Origin: Squalus acanthias
Lineage: Eukaryota
Assembly (NCBI GenBank): GCA_030390025.1
Contig: JASTWF010000180.1
Location: forward strand, 124,001-188,000
Reading direction: 5' to 3'
Length of the DNA stretch: 64,000 nt
Below are positions 24,973 to 38,150 of this stretch, piece by piece (within the stretch, counting starts at the first letter, position 1; each line of letters starts with the position of its first letter). Below the pieces are notes generated by a model that made no database searches, was not told the origin of the DNA, and saw only the letters and a program-made list of their open reading frames with translations. Both the position numbers and the translations under genes were made by a program.

Positions 24973-25245
24973 GCGGACTGTATGCAGATCCACTCACTCA
25001 GTCTCCGGTGACAATTGCCATGTCAGCAGGGTGGTCGGTGCAGTTAGATTGCGAATATACAACCCTGGATATTGACCACATGCAATGGTACCGACAGAAC
25101 CCGGAACAGACTCCAAGCCGGAAAATTAGCAAAGTACCACCACTGAAGGGAGTCGAAATCTCAGGACAATATCTGAAGGCTGTTGACAAGTCTAGAAAGC
25201 ATGGTTACCTCAATATAAATGTTGGTCTATTACTGTGCAGTGAGG
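24973..25245 (+). pseudogene. Family-F V segment (frameshifting deletion in FR3)
   Basis: DPLTQSPVTIAMSAGWSVQLDCEY..MQWYRQNP, with YYCAVR out of frame. RSS CACACCG(25246)-23-ACAAAAAGC. Confidence 0.85.
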
Positions 25246-25577
25246 CACACCGTCAGATAAAAGCAAAGGCCCCGTACAAAAAGCTCAGCCAGTATTTACA
25301 GCTCAATTGGGTCTGGATAGTGACAGTTAGCCGGCCTTTGGTGAGCGGCCATCGAGTTAGCGAGGCACCAGTCTCAGTCTTTTTACCAATAACCTGCTGA
25401 TGGTCTGTATCTCAAACGGGAATATTGACTCAAATTCAAACAGATGATATGAGGCGAGGTTACCGGGAACACCTTCAACCGGCCATTGTTTACAACTACT
25501 TTCCGATATTTCAAGCGTAACTTTACATCCTCCTTCTATCTTTCTGTTATTCATTTTTCCCATCTAAATATCTCTCA

Positions 25578-25631
25578 AATATATATATATATATATATCT
25601 GTTTGTGTGTGTGTTTGAGAGAGATAGAGAC
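25578..25631. repeat. Compound (TA)n(TG)n(GA)n microsatellite
   Basis: Direct reading. Paralogs at 52380-52451 and 59477-59567. Confidence 0.9.
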
Positions 25632-26510
25632 AACCACACAGAGGCGCGCACACACAGAACACTCTGAGCAATTTCCGAGGACCAAACAGCTACATTATCT
25701 CTCTGTCCATGATTGCAAACCTTCTCCAGGACACAGCCTTCCTGTCTAAATAGGGATTCACAAATAATAATGGATAGTTAGCTGAAAAGGAGAAATTTAG
25801 TGGGCTATAGGGAAACAGCAGTTCAGTGGCGCAAATCAAAGAGCCGACACAGGCACGATGGGCCGAATGGCCTCCTTCTTTCCTTCATGATTTATGGAAT
25901 GAGCAGAGAAGTAAAGTAAAAGAGACCCTAGGGGGCGACTTTGACCCAGGAGGACAGTCATCGTGTAGTTTCAGGCTCTGACCACTTGGTGGCTCCGTGG
26001 AGCGGAGTTCTGTCGTCTCTCGGTCGCTATTTGCTACATTAAAATCATATTTACTCTCCCCGATAAGGCTAAGGTCAGCTCAGTACTGTTAATATAAAAT
26101 GCCACTGCTACATGCAATGAACTAAATAACTTAGGAAGGGGGTCAATTTCCCTGTTCACTGAGTGTAGCGAATGGTAAATCCTTCCACGAAGATTTCCTC
26201 TGGTCGCTCACTCTAAATGAACCTTAAAGAAATTCAGTTGTTCAAAAAGAATCATTTGCTGATTTCCCTAGAAATGACGACCAGTTGAATCTCCTTTGAA
26301 AATTGCGTATGTTGCTGCACACACATCAGTGACCAGAGCAATTCTCCTGATGTTGTGAAATTATCACAAACGGATGTGATATGGTTGCAGAGTCACTACA
26401 CTTTCTAAGCTTACCACAGGGTTAAATAGTTCAGCCTGGTCCGGTACTGGTGTCAGTTTTTGCCACAGTAGTGAAGGGGTCGATGATCATATTGTGACCC
26501 CCGGACAGCG

Positions 26511-26954
26511 ATGTGTTTTCCTGTTTATTTCAGTGTAGTGTTGGCGCTCTCTGTGCTGTGCAATTACATTGTGAATCCGAGTAGAAAACACACCAATAGC
26601 TCCGGTTAGACGGGCAGATATTTGTAAATGTTCAATTTTTCTTCCAGCCAACAGCGTTGGAGGCGAATCCGTGCATCAAGACTATTCGACCAGGACTGTG
26701 CGGGAAGGAGAAGCGGTGACGCTGAATTATAGTTTTACAACAACAGATACAAACCCTGGTCTTTTCTGGTACCGGCAGATTCCCGGTCGAGCCCCAGTAA
26801 ACCTGTTGATTATTAGCAAATACAACACGTTGCCAGGCGACTACGCCAAGGAGCGTTTCACAGCAGAGCTGAGCGCAAAAGAGAGCGCGGTTCGACTGAG
26901 AGTTTCTGGGGCGGAGGTGTCAGACGGCGCCGTGTATTACTGCGCTCTGAGACC
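26511..26954 (+). pseudogene. Family-A V segment (open frame, but first Cys>Tyr and GC donor)
   Basis: Leader 26511-26559 followed by GCAATT. V exon 26648-26954 reads LNYSF instead of LNCSF. RSS CACAGCT(26955)-23-ACAAAAACT. Confidence 0.85.
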
Positions 26955-28172
26955 CACAGCTGCACAGTTCTGTGCCAAACCTGTACAAAAACTGCAGCCC
27001 ACCGCGTGTAAATAGAACAGTGTGTGGCCGGAATACCCGCCTGTGATGGTCTGATTAGGACAGTTACTGTCAGGACAGAATATTCCCATCGGGCAGCTCA
27101 CAATAGCTCTGAATAGAGGAGTATGGTTTTAGATTTCATTCTCTCTATACTGAGGGATGAACAGCAGGAATCCCGCGCAGGTTTAATCGGACAATGTACC
27201 GTGTAATGTGTGTTCAATTTCAAGTTTCCATCTCACTGCCGCTGTGCTTTTTTCATTTTCACACCCCTTAAACCAGCACAGATGTGTGCAGCTTTGCTTC
27301 GGTTTGGGATTATATTCAAAGGGCTTTAAACCTTTCCTTTTCTGAGTGTTGGTTTAATTTCTGTCGATGTGTGACGGCTCACCGAGAGCAATAATTTCAT
27401 TCTCCTGTAACATTCGTGTTTACACCGAGGGGTCCGCTCTGTGTGGTAGAATTCTTCTGGTCGCTGCTTCTAGTGACATAGTGAACGCATTCTAAAAGAA
27501 TGAATGACGATTCTACTAAACTAGTGATCAGACGAGATTTCCCGCTGTGTTTGGGATGTCGCTGACGCAGGGAGACCAGAGGAAATCACCCATTGTTTGT
27601 CCCCAGCAGAAGTTTAATCAAACCCGACCTCTTGTCAACTACCTCAGTCTGATTACTGACAGTGAGTGAAACAAAGTGAACATATTCAACTACACTCAAA
27701 TAGTTTTTAACACTTGGAGGCTACTTTCCTCAGGTCAAGCTTTCTCTCAGGTCAATTAATTATCAAGCTGTCTCTTGGGTCAATTGGAGAGCAAACTTGC
27801 TCGGGTCCGTTAGAGATCAAGATATCTCTCAGATCAATTATAAATTAAGCTGTCTCTTTTTATTAGTATTTCTCGCACCGATCAGCAGAATGTGACGTTA
27901 GTGGATGATTCGGTTCTCTGCAATAAACACATACTTGTGGTTCAAGGAAATGACGTCTGGCCAGACCGAGCCGGCTCTCTCAGCTCTTTCTGATTGAAGT
28001 TCTGCAGGAAATGACGTCAGACCAGCCCCATCCCGTGCTCTCATTTTTTCTGATTGATGATCTGCAGGAAATGAGGTCAGACCAGCCCCAGCCGGCGCTC
28101 TCGGCTTTATCTGTTTGACGTTCTGCAGGTTTCTGAGACACAAAAACTCCCTCGAATTACACAGTAGCAGCC

Positions 28173-29942
28173 ATGCAGCTCTCCTTTCTCGCTGTGGTCT
28201 GGCTGACATTCATGTTCGGTAAGAAGTTTATAACTTCTAAAAGGGTTTTATTTCTCGAGGACTACAATTTAAAACCAGAGAAGTTGTGTTAGCCTTTGGT
28301 TGGACAATACTTGTACCGTGAACAGGTCTGGTCTCCATATTATAAAAAATATATAGCGGCACTGGCGAAGGATGAAGAAAATTACAAGGATGATACCAGA
28401 ACTGAGAAATTATAACTATCAGCAAAGACTAAGCAAGCTGGGGCTCTGTTCTTTAGAAAAGAGAAGGCTGAGAGGTGACCTGATAGAGATCTTTAAAATT
28501 ATAAAGGGATTGATAGGATAGACGTAGAGAATATGTTTTCACTTGTGGGGAATTCTAAAACCAGCTGACAGAAATGTAAGAAAATCACAAAAAAATCCAA
28601 TAACGAATTCTGGAGAAACTTCTTTACCCAGAGAGTGGTGAGAATGTGGATCTCGTTACCAAAGGGAATGGTTGAGACGAATAGCATAGATACATTTAAG
28701 GCGAGGCTGGATAAGTACATGAGGCAGAAAGGAGCAGAAAGATATGCTGATAGCGTTAGATGAAGGGTGGGTGGGAGTACAAACACGGACATAGAACAGT
28801 TTGCCGAATGACCTATTTGTGTGATGTAAATTATTTTTAATTTTTGTAAAACTCACCGTTCGTTGGTTCAGTTTGACCCTTTAACCGATTAATTCCGCTT
28901 TCTTTAACCGTGTGTTCTAGATTTGAGCGATGGAGATTCTGTTACACAGCGGGAGCCCTCGCTCACACAGACAGAGGGAGAAGATGCCACTTTACATAGA
29001 TACATAGAACAGTACAGCACAGTAGAGGCCCTTCGGCCCTCGATGTTGTGCCGAGCATTGTCCGAGACCAAGATCAAGCTATCACACTCCCTATCACTCT
29101 GGTGTGCTCCATGTGCTTATCCAATAACCGCTTGAAAGTTCCTAAAGTGTCCGACTCCACTATCACAGCAGGCAGTCCATTCCACACCCCAACCACCCTC
29201 TGAGTAAAGAATCTACCTCGGACATCCCTTCTATATCTCCCCCCATGCACCTTATATTTATGCCCCCTTGTAACAGCTGCCTCTACCCGAGGAAATAGTC
29301 TCTGAACATCCACTCTATCTATCCCCCTCATCATCTTATAAACCTCTATTAAGTCGCCTCTCATCCTCCTCCGCTCTAAAGAGAAAAGCCCCAACTCCCT
29401 CAATCTTTCCTCATAAGACCTCCCCCCCAAACCAGGCAGCATCCTGGTAAATCTCCTTTGCACTCTTTCCAATGCTTCCACGTCCTTCCTATAGTGAGGT
29501 GACCAGAACTGCACACAATATTCCAAATGTGATCTCACCAAGGTCCTGTACAGTTGCAGCATAACCTCACGGTTCTTAAACTCAAACCCTCTGTTAATAA
29601 ACGCCAACACACCATAGGCCTTCTTTGCTGCTCTCTCCACTTGAGTGGCAACCTTCAGAGATCTGTGGATATGAACCCCCACCCCCCTTCATATCTGTGG
29701 ATATGAACTTTAACCTGCACCTATTCCGGCGATGATTATTACTTATACTGGTACCGCCAATACCCAGGCAGACAGCCCGAGTTTGCAGTCCGGAGGTACA
29801 CGGACGGCAGTACTGAACATAAGGCGCATTTCGCTCGAGTCCGGTTTTATGATGCAGTCCGGCAGTCAGAGAAGTTGTACAGATTGACCATCTCGGGGCT
29901 GCGGCTGAATGACACCGCGGTGTATTACTGTGCACTGAGGCT
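28173..29942 (+). pseudogene. Family-B V segment copy 4, disrupted by a CR1 insertion in FR1
   Basis: Leader 28173-28218. V exon split into 28921-28994 and 29713-29942, otherwise open. RSS CACAGTG(29943)-23-ACAATAACT. Confidence 0.92.
28995..29706 (-). mobile_element. Young 5'-truncated CR1 LINE with 6-bp TSD (ACTTTA)
   Basis: Uninterrupted 202-aa ORF2 C-terminus (29074-29682). ACTTTA at 28989-28994 and 29707-29712. Confidence 0.93.
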
Positions 29943-30269
29943 CACAGTGATGGGAATGAGTTGATGCCACGTACAATAACTGCCGCACGTTTCTGGGTCA
30001 CAGCTGCTGTCTATTGTGGGCTGTTTATCACAGCGGATCAGACACTGACTCCTGAATACATTCCTGTGCGCGCAGACCCCGAGCAGAAACCATATAAAAC
30101 CGTTTACATCGAATACTGGTACCACCTGATTATTGGATTGACTGTGTGAGGGCAGAAATGGCTGCTGTTTATTTGTATATCTCTGGGAACTCGCCACTCC
30201 CATTGAGAATAAACACACCTGCGGGTTACTGGAACTGGTTATATCGATGCACCGCTGCTTCGGATATAG

Positions 30270-33225
30270 CGTAAGAAATGAGAGTTGGAGTAGGACATTT
30301 CGCCAATCGAGCCTGCTCCGCCATTCAATAAGATCATCTCCACTTTCCTGCACTATCCCCATATCCCTCGATTTCCTTAATAATCAAAAACCTATCGATC
30401 TCAGTCTTGAATAAACTCAACGACGAAGCCTCCACAGTCCTCTGGGGTAGAGAATTCCAAAGATTCACCACCCACTGAGTGAAGAAATTTCTCCTCATCT
30501 CGGTGCCAAATGGCCGACCCCTTATTCTGAGACTGTGACCCTTGATTCTTGAGACATAGAAACATAGAAGATAGGAGCAGGAGTAGGCAATTCGGCCACT
30601 CTAGCCAGCTCCGCCATTCAATGCGATCACGGCTGATCATCCAAATTCAGAACCCTGCCCCTGCTTTCGCCCCATATCCTTTGATCCCTTTAGCCTTAAG
30701 AAATATATCCAACTCCTTCTTGAACATATTTAATGAATTGACCTCTACTGCCTTCTGTGGTAGAGAATTCCACAGGTTCACCACTCTCTGGGTGAAGCAA
30801 TTCCTCCTCATTTCTGTCCTAAATGGCTTACACCTTAACCTTAGACTGTGACCCCTGGTTCTGGACTCCCCGACCATCGGGAACATCCTTCCTGCATCTA
30901 GGCTGTCCAGTCCTGTCAGAATTTTATAAGTTTCGATGAGATCCCCTCTCATTCTTCTGAACTCCACTGAGTATAAGCCCAATCGACTCAATCTCTCCTC
31001 ATACATCATTCCTGCCATCCCAGGTATCAGCCTGGTGAATCTTCGCTGAACTCCATCCATGACAAGAACCTCCTTCCTCAGATAAGGCGACCAAAACTGC
31101 ACACAATACTCTAGATGTGGTCTCACGAAGCCCCTGTACACCTGTAGCAAGACATCCTTGTTGCTTTACTCAAACCCTCTCGCTACGAAAGCCAACATAC
31201 CATTTGCCATCTTAACCGCCTGCTACACCTGCATGCTTACCTTCAGCGATTGGTGCACAAGGACACCCAGGTCTCGTTACACTTCCCCTTCTCCCAATCT
31301 ATTGCCATTCAGCTAATAATCTGCGTTTCTGTTTTTGACACCAAAGTGGATAACCTCGCATTTATCCACGTTATATTGCATCTGCCATGCTTCTGCCCAA
31401 ACACCCAACCTGTTCAAATCATACTGGAGTTTCTCGGCATCCTCCTCACAGCACACACGCCCACCCAGCTTTATGTCGTCTGCAAACTTGGAGATATTAC
31501 ATCTAATTCCCTTGTCTATATCATTAATACATATTGTGAATAGCTGGGGACAAGGACCGATCACTGCGGTACCCCACTAGTCACTGCCTGCCACTCGGGA
31601 AAAGACACGTTTATTCCAACTCTTTGCTTTCTGTCTGACAACCAGTTCTCTATCCAAGTAAATACCTTGCCCCTAATCCCATGTGCCTTAACTTTACACG
31701 CTAATCACTTATGCGGGACCTTATCGAAAGCCTTTTGAAAGTCCAAATACACCACATCCACTGGTGCTCCCTTATCTATTTTACCAGTTACATCCTCAAA
31801 AAGTTCCAGTAGGTTAGTCAAACACGATTTACCTTTTGTAAAACCATGTTGACTTTGTCCGATCCTGTCACTGTTTTCCAAGTGCTCTGCTATTACATCT
31901 TTTATAATGGATTCTAGCATTTTCCCCACTACCGATGTCAGGCTTACCGGTCTGTAATTCCCCGTTTTCTCTCTGACAACTTATTTGAATAGTGGAGTAA
32001 CATTAGCTACCCTCCAATACATGGGTACTGTTTTAGATTCCATTGTATTTTGGAAGATGACCAGCAATGCATCTACTATTTCCAAGGTCCACTTCCTTAA
32101 GTACCCTAGAATGTAGATTATCAGGCCCTGGGGATTTATCGGCCTTCAATCCCACCAATTTCCCAAACACCATTTCCCTACAAATACAGTTTTCTTTCAG
32201 TTCCTCCATTTCATCAGACCCTATGTGCCCCGACATTTCTGGGGAACATAGGGTCTGATGAAAGGGAGGAATACCCAGCCAGAGGAATCATCCTCGCTGC
32301 ATCTACCCTCTCAAGCCCTGTAAGAATTTTGGATGTTTCAATGAGATCGCTTCTCATTCTTCTGAACTCTAGAATATAGGCCGTGTCTACTCAAGCTCTC
32401 CTCAGAGGACAATCCCCCCATCCTAGGAACCAGTCTGGTGAACCTTCGTTGCACTGCCTCTATGGCAAGTATATCTTTCCTTAGGTAATGAGATTAGAAC
32501 TGTACACAGTAGTCCAGGTGTGGTCTAGCCAGTGCCCTATATAATTGCAGTAAGACGGCTGCACTCTTATACACAAATACTCTTGTAAAAATGACAAAAT
32601 ACCACTTGCTTTCCTAATTCTGTGCTGTACCTGCATGTTAACTTTCAGTGATTCAACTACAAGGACACCCATGTCCCTCTGAACACCAACATTTCCCAAT
32701 CGCTCAACATTTCAAAAACTCTGCTTTTCTATTTTTCCTACCAATGTTGATAACTTCACATTTCTCCACATTATATTCCATTTGCCAAGTTCTTGCTCAC
32801 TCACTTAGTCTGTTTATATCCCCTTGAAGACTCCTCACATCCTCCTCGCAATTTACATTCCCACCCAGCTTTGTAACATAAGCAAAGTTGGACATGTTAC
32901 ATTTGGTCCACTCATCCATATCATTGATGTAGATTGTGAATAGCTGAGGTCCAAGCATTGATCATATCGCTAACCCACTAGTTACAGCCTGCCAACCCGA
33001 TAATGAGCCCTTTATTCCTACTCTCTGTTTCCTGTCCGTTAACGAATCCTCAATCCATGCTAGTATATAATCCCCAATCCAATGAGCCCTAATTTTCTTC
33101 AAGAACCTCTTGTGTGGCACCTTATCGAATGCCTTCTGAAAATACAAATGCACCACATCCATTGGTTCCCCCTTATCTGTACTGCGAGTTAAACCACAAA
33201 AAATTCTAGCAGATTTGTCAAACAC
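30270..33225 (-). mobile_element. CR1 LINE with nested CR1 (about 30551-32271); paralog of 3175-5670
   Basis: Multiple RT ORF fragments. Host sequence GCACGGCAAACGG resumes at 33226. Confidence 0.9.
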
Positions 33226-33457
33226 GCACGGCAAACGGATAAAAAGTGATTGCTTTAAAATATCAATCTACAGCGTAAACGGAGATAGGTCGGTTGGGGA
33301 AGTTTCCAATAATTCTAATAACGTTATTAAACATTTCTCACTGTTAAAGACACTTGCACATGCTCAAACTAACAATCTGCATTATAAGTAGATTCCAGTG
33401 GTAAAAGTCAGGACAAAATTAGAAGCTGCAACGGATTAATAACCTGTAAGAACAGAC

Positions 33458-34430
33458 GTGGTGTGTTCCAGGCTCCGGGCCAGATAGATAGAGGAACCGA
33501 CTGAATAAAAAAGGCTAATATAGAAGATAGAAGAAAAGATGAGGTAGCGAGGTTCAAACCGTATAAAGAACCAAGCACAAAGACGAGGTAACGCCGTACA
33601 GACTCATTACAGAGAATTTCATAATTTACAAGAAGTTTTAATTGGTTAACGTGTTACGTATTAATTATGGGGTGTTGACATGTTGTCATCACGTTACTTA
33701 AACGTTACTAAGACTATAACACAAAAGATCAAAACACTTGAAAGGTACAAGCTTGAGGCACTCAAGGAACAAAAGGTTAAAGCTGCTCCCAATAGGAACG
33801 AGAAATATCAGTTCTATTGTATCTATTGCCTTAGCTGGTAAGATTGTTAGCAACCTGAATTATTAACTGCTTTGTCTTGTACTAAAGAAAACTGGTTCAT
33901 TACCACAACCGTTTTGGCACAGTCGCCTTCTGAATGTCCGAATGTGACTTGGAAACAGTACTTCACCGAATTGAAGACAAAATGACCGGGGATCAATCCT
34001 GACTTATTCCACTAGATGGCAGCAAACACCCAGGAATCACGCGTCCGAACATGTCTGGAAACGTCGATCTCTGCCTGTGTTATTCAGGAGTTAACACATA
34101 CAATCGACCAATAACGACCGAACTAAGGTTACTGGAGATAAGGTCAGCCACCGGCTGGTCTGGCACCTGTTTATCAGCAACTCCGTGATTTCCAATCTTC
34201 CAGAACTATCAGAAATCAATCAAGTTAAATTGCTGAATTCATCTGTCCGGGGAAGCCAAATCACGGTGATTGACTTTGGGCGGAAATCGATCATTGAACA
34301 CCGTTGCAGAACTGCTGCTGGTAATTTCTTCACTTGAAATCAGGTTGACGATAACACTTGGATGATGCAACACACGATCTGCAAGAAAATAGATTATATG
34401 GGGATTATTGGTCGCAATCCAAACAATTTC
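33458..34430. repeat. Unclassified duplicated segment (second copy at about 36360-37337); first 450 bp LTR-like
   Basis: Two highly similar copies. The (C/T)GTGGT...ACCACA termini at 33458/33907 resemble LTR ends, but there is no TSD and no coding remnant was recognised. Confidence 0.4.
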
Positions 34431-34650
34431 TGTACTGGACCATGTCCCTGTTTATATTACACTAGACCCTGTCTATATTTGTATTACACTAGACCCTGTC
34501 TTTGTTTATATTACACTAGACCCTGTCTCTGTTTATATTATACCGGACCCTGTCTCTGTTTATATTACACTAGACCCTGTCTCTGTTTATGTTACACTAG
34601 ACCCTGTCTCTGTTTATATTACACTAGACCCTGTCTCTGTTTATATTACA
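34431..34650. repeat. 27-bp minisatellite (about 8 copies)
   Basis: Unit TACACTAGACCCTGTCTCTGTTTATAT. Confidence 0.95.
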
Positions 34651-34886
34651 CAGCGGGTCAGACACTGACTCCTGAATACATTCCTGTGCGCGCAGACCCC
34701 TATCAGAAACCATATAAAACCGTTTACATCGAATACTGATACCGCCTGATTATTGGATTAACTGTGTGAGGGCAGAAATGGCTGCTGTTTATTTGTGTAT
34801 CTCTGGGAAATCGCCAGTCCCATTGAGAATAAACACACCTGCGGGTTACTGGAACTGGTTATATCGATGCACCGCTGCTTCGGCTA

Positions 34887-36116
34887 TAACATAAGAAATA
34901 AGAGCCAGGAGTAGGCCATTTGACCCATCGAGCCTGCTCCGCCATTCAATAAGATCATCTCCACTTTCCTGCCCTATCCGCATATCCCTTGATTTCCTTA
35001 ATAATCAAAACTCTATCGATCTCAGTCTTGAATATACTCAACGATTAAGCCTCCACAGTCCTCTCGGGTAGAGAATTCCAAAGATTCACCACCCTCTGAG
35101 TGAAGAAATTTCTACTCATCTCAGTCCCAAATGGCCGACCCCTTATTCTGAGACAGTGACCCTTGGTTCTAGACTCCCCAGCCAGGGGAATCATCCTCGC
35201 TGTATCTACCCTCCCAAGCCCTGTAAGAATTTTGTATGTTTCAATGAGATCGGCTAACATTCTTCGAAACTCTAGAGAATATAGGCCGAGTCTACTCAAG
35301 CTCTCCTCATACGACAATCCCCCAATCCTAGGTTCCAGCCTGGTGAACCTTCGTTGCACTGCCTCTACGGCAAGTATATCTTTCCTTAGGTAAGGAGATC
35401 AGAACTGTACACAGTAGTCCAGGGTCCTATATAATTGCAGTAAGACGGCTGTACTCATATACACAAATCCTCTTGTAAAAATGACAACATACCACTTGCT
35501 TTCCTAATTGCTTGCTGTACCTGCATGTTAACTTTCAGTGATTCATGTACAAGGACACCCAAGTCCCTCTGAACAGCTACATTTCCCAAATCTCAACATT
35601 TAAAAAATACTCTGCTTTTCTATTTTTCCTACCAATGTTGATAACTTCACATTTCTCCACATTATATTCCATTTGCCAAGTTCTTGCTCGCTCACTTAGC
35701 CTGTTTATATCCCGTTGAAGCCTCCTCACATCCTCCTCGCAAGTTGCACTCCCAACCAGATTTGTAACATCAGCAAAGTTGGATATGTTACATTTGGTCC
35801 CCTCATCCATATTTTTGATGTGGATTGTGAATAGCTTAGGTCCAAGAATTGATCCTTTCGGTAACCCACTACTTAGAGCCTGCCAACCCGATAATGAGCC
35901 CTTTATTCCTACTCTCTGTTTTCTGTCCGTTAACGAATCCTCAATCCATGCTGGTATACTATCCCCAATCCCATGAGCCCTAATTTCCTTTAAGAACCTC
36001 TTGTGTGGCACCTTATCGAATGCCTTCTGAAAATACAAATGCATCACATCAACTGGTTCCCCCTTATCTATACTGCTAGTTACAACCTCAAAAAATTCTA
36101 ATAGACTTGTCAAACA
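34887..36116 (-). mobile_element. CR1 LINE fragment (same insertion as 30270-33225, without the nested copy)
   Basis: RT ORFs 35045-35359 and 35577-36134. Flanks match the paralog. Confidence 0.9.
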
Positions 36117-37337
36117 CGCACGGCAAACGGACAAATATTGATTGGTTTAAAATATCAGTCTACAGTGTAGACGGAGATAGGTCGGTTGGGGAAGACTCCA
36201 ATATTTCTAATAACGTTATTAAACATTTCTCACTATTAAAGACACTTGCACATGTTAAAACTAACAATCTGCATTATAAGTAGATTCCAGTGGTAAAAAT
36301 CAGGACAAAATTAGAAGCTGCAAACGAACATTAATGGACTGATATCCTGTAAGAACAGACGTGGTGTGTTTCAGGCTCCGGGTCAGATAGATAGAGGAAC
36401 CGACTGAATAAAAATGGCTAATATAGAAGATATAAGAAAAGATGAGATAGTGAGGTTCAAACCGTATAAAGAACCAAGTACAAAGACGAGGTAACGCCGT
36501 ACAGACTCATTACAGAGAATTTCATAATTTACAAGAAGTTTTAATGGGTTAACGTTTTACGTATTAATTATGGGGTGTTGACATGTTATCATCACGTTAC
36601 TTAAACGTTACTAAGAGTATAACACAAAAGATCAAAACTCTTGAAATATACAAGCTTGAGGCAGTCAAGAAACAAGAGGTTAACGCTGATCCCTATAGGA
36701 ACGAGAAATATCAGTTCTATTGTATCTATTGCCTTAGCTGTTAAGATGGTTAGCAACCTGAATTATTAACTGTGCTTTGTCCTGTACTAAAGAAAACTCG
36801 TTCATTACCACAACCGTTTTGGCACAGTCGCCTTCTGCATGTCCGAATGTGACTTGGAAACAGTATTTCACCGAATTGAAGGCAAAAGGACCGGGGATCA
36901 ATCCTGAGTTATTCCACTAGATGGCAGCAAACACCCAGGAATCACGCGTCCGAACCTGTCTGGAAACGTCGATCTCTGCCCGTGTTATTCAGGAGTTAAC
37001 ACACACAATCGAACAATAACGACTGAACTAAGGTACTGGAGATAAGGTCAGCCACCGGCTGGTCTGGTACCTGTTTATCAGCATCTCCTTGATTTCCAAT
37101 CTTCTAGAACCATCAGAAATCAATCAGGTTAAATTGTTGAATTCATCCGTCCAGGGAAGCCAAATCACGGTGATTGACTTTGGTCTGAAATCGATGATTG
37201 AACACGGTTGCAGAACTGCTGCTGGTGATTTCTTCACTTGAACTCAGGTTGACGATAACAGTTGGATGATGTACCTCACGATCTGCAAGAAAATACATTA
37301 TATGGGGATTATTGTTCGCAATCCAAACAATTTCTGT

Positions 37338-38150
37338 GCTAGACCATGTCCCCGTTTATATTACACTAGACCCTGTCTATATTTGTATTACACTCGACCC
37401 TGTCTCTGTTTATATTACAGTAGACCCTGCCTCTGTTTATATTACACTAGACCCTCTCTCTGTTTATATTACACTGGACCCTGTCTCTGTTTATATTACA
37501 CCAGACCCTGACTCTGTTTATAATACACTCGAACATTTCTCTGTTTATATTACACTCGACCCTGTCTCTGTTTATATTACATCAGACCCTGTCTCTGTTT
37601 ATATTACACTAGACCCTGTCTCTTTTTATATTACACTAGACCCTCTCCCTGTTTATATTACACTGGACCCTGTCTCTGTTTATATTACACAAGTCCCTGT
37701 CTTTGTTTATATAACAATAGTTCCTTTCTCTGTTTATATTACACCAGGTCCTGTCTCTGTTTATATTACAGTAGGCCATGTCTCTGTTTATATTAAACTA
37801 GGTCCTGTCTCTGTTTATATTACAGTAGGCCATGTCTCTGTTTATATTAAACTAGGTCCTGTCTCTGTTTATATTACACTAGGTCCTGGCTCTGTTTATA
37901 TTACACTACACGCTGTCCGTGATTGTATAACACTAGGTGCTGCCTCTGTTTATATTACAGTAGGGCTTTTCTCCGCTGTTACTGCACTAGACCATGTCTC
38001 TGTTTATATTACACTCGACTATGTCTCTGTGTAATACACTAGGGGTGGTCTGAGCTATTGCTTCACTAGACCATGTCACTGTTTTTATATTACACTAAGC
38101 CCAGTCTCAGTTATTACGACACTAGACCATGCTTCTGTTTATATTTCACC
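37338..38150. repeat. 27-bp minisatellite (about 30 copies, decaying toward the 3' end)
   Basis: Same unit as 34431-34650. Explains the spurious ITLDPVSVY ORF. Confidence 0.95.

Noticed and set aside
37266-38034. 240-aa and Cys/Tyr-rich repetitive ORFs (ITLDPVSVY / CLYYTRP)
   Set aside because: Translation of a stop-free 27-bp minisatellite, with no gene structure. Not CRISPR, since there are no unique spacers.
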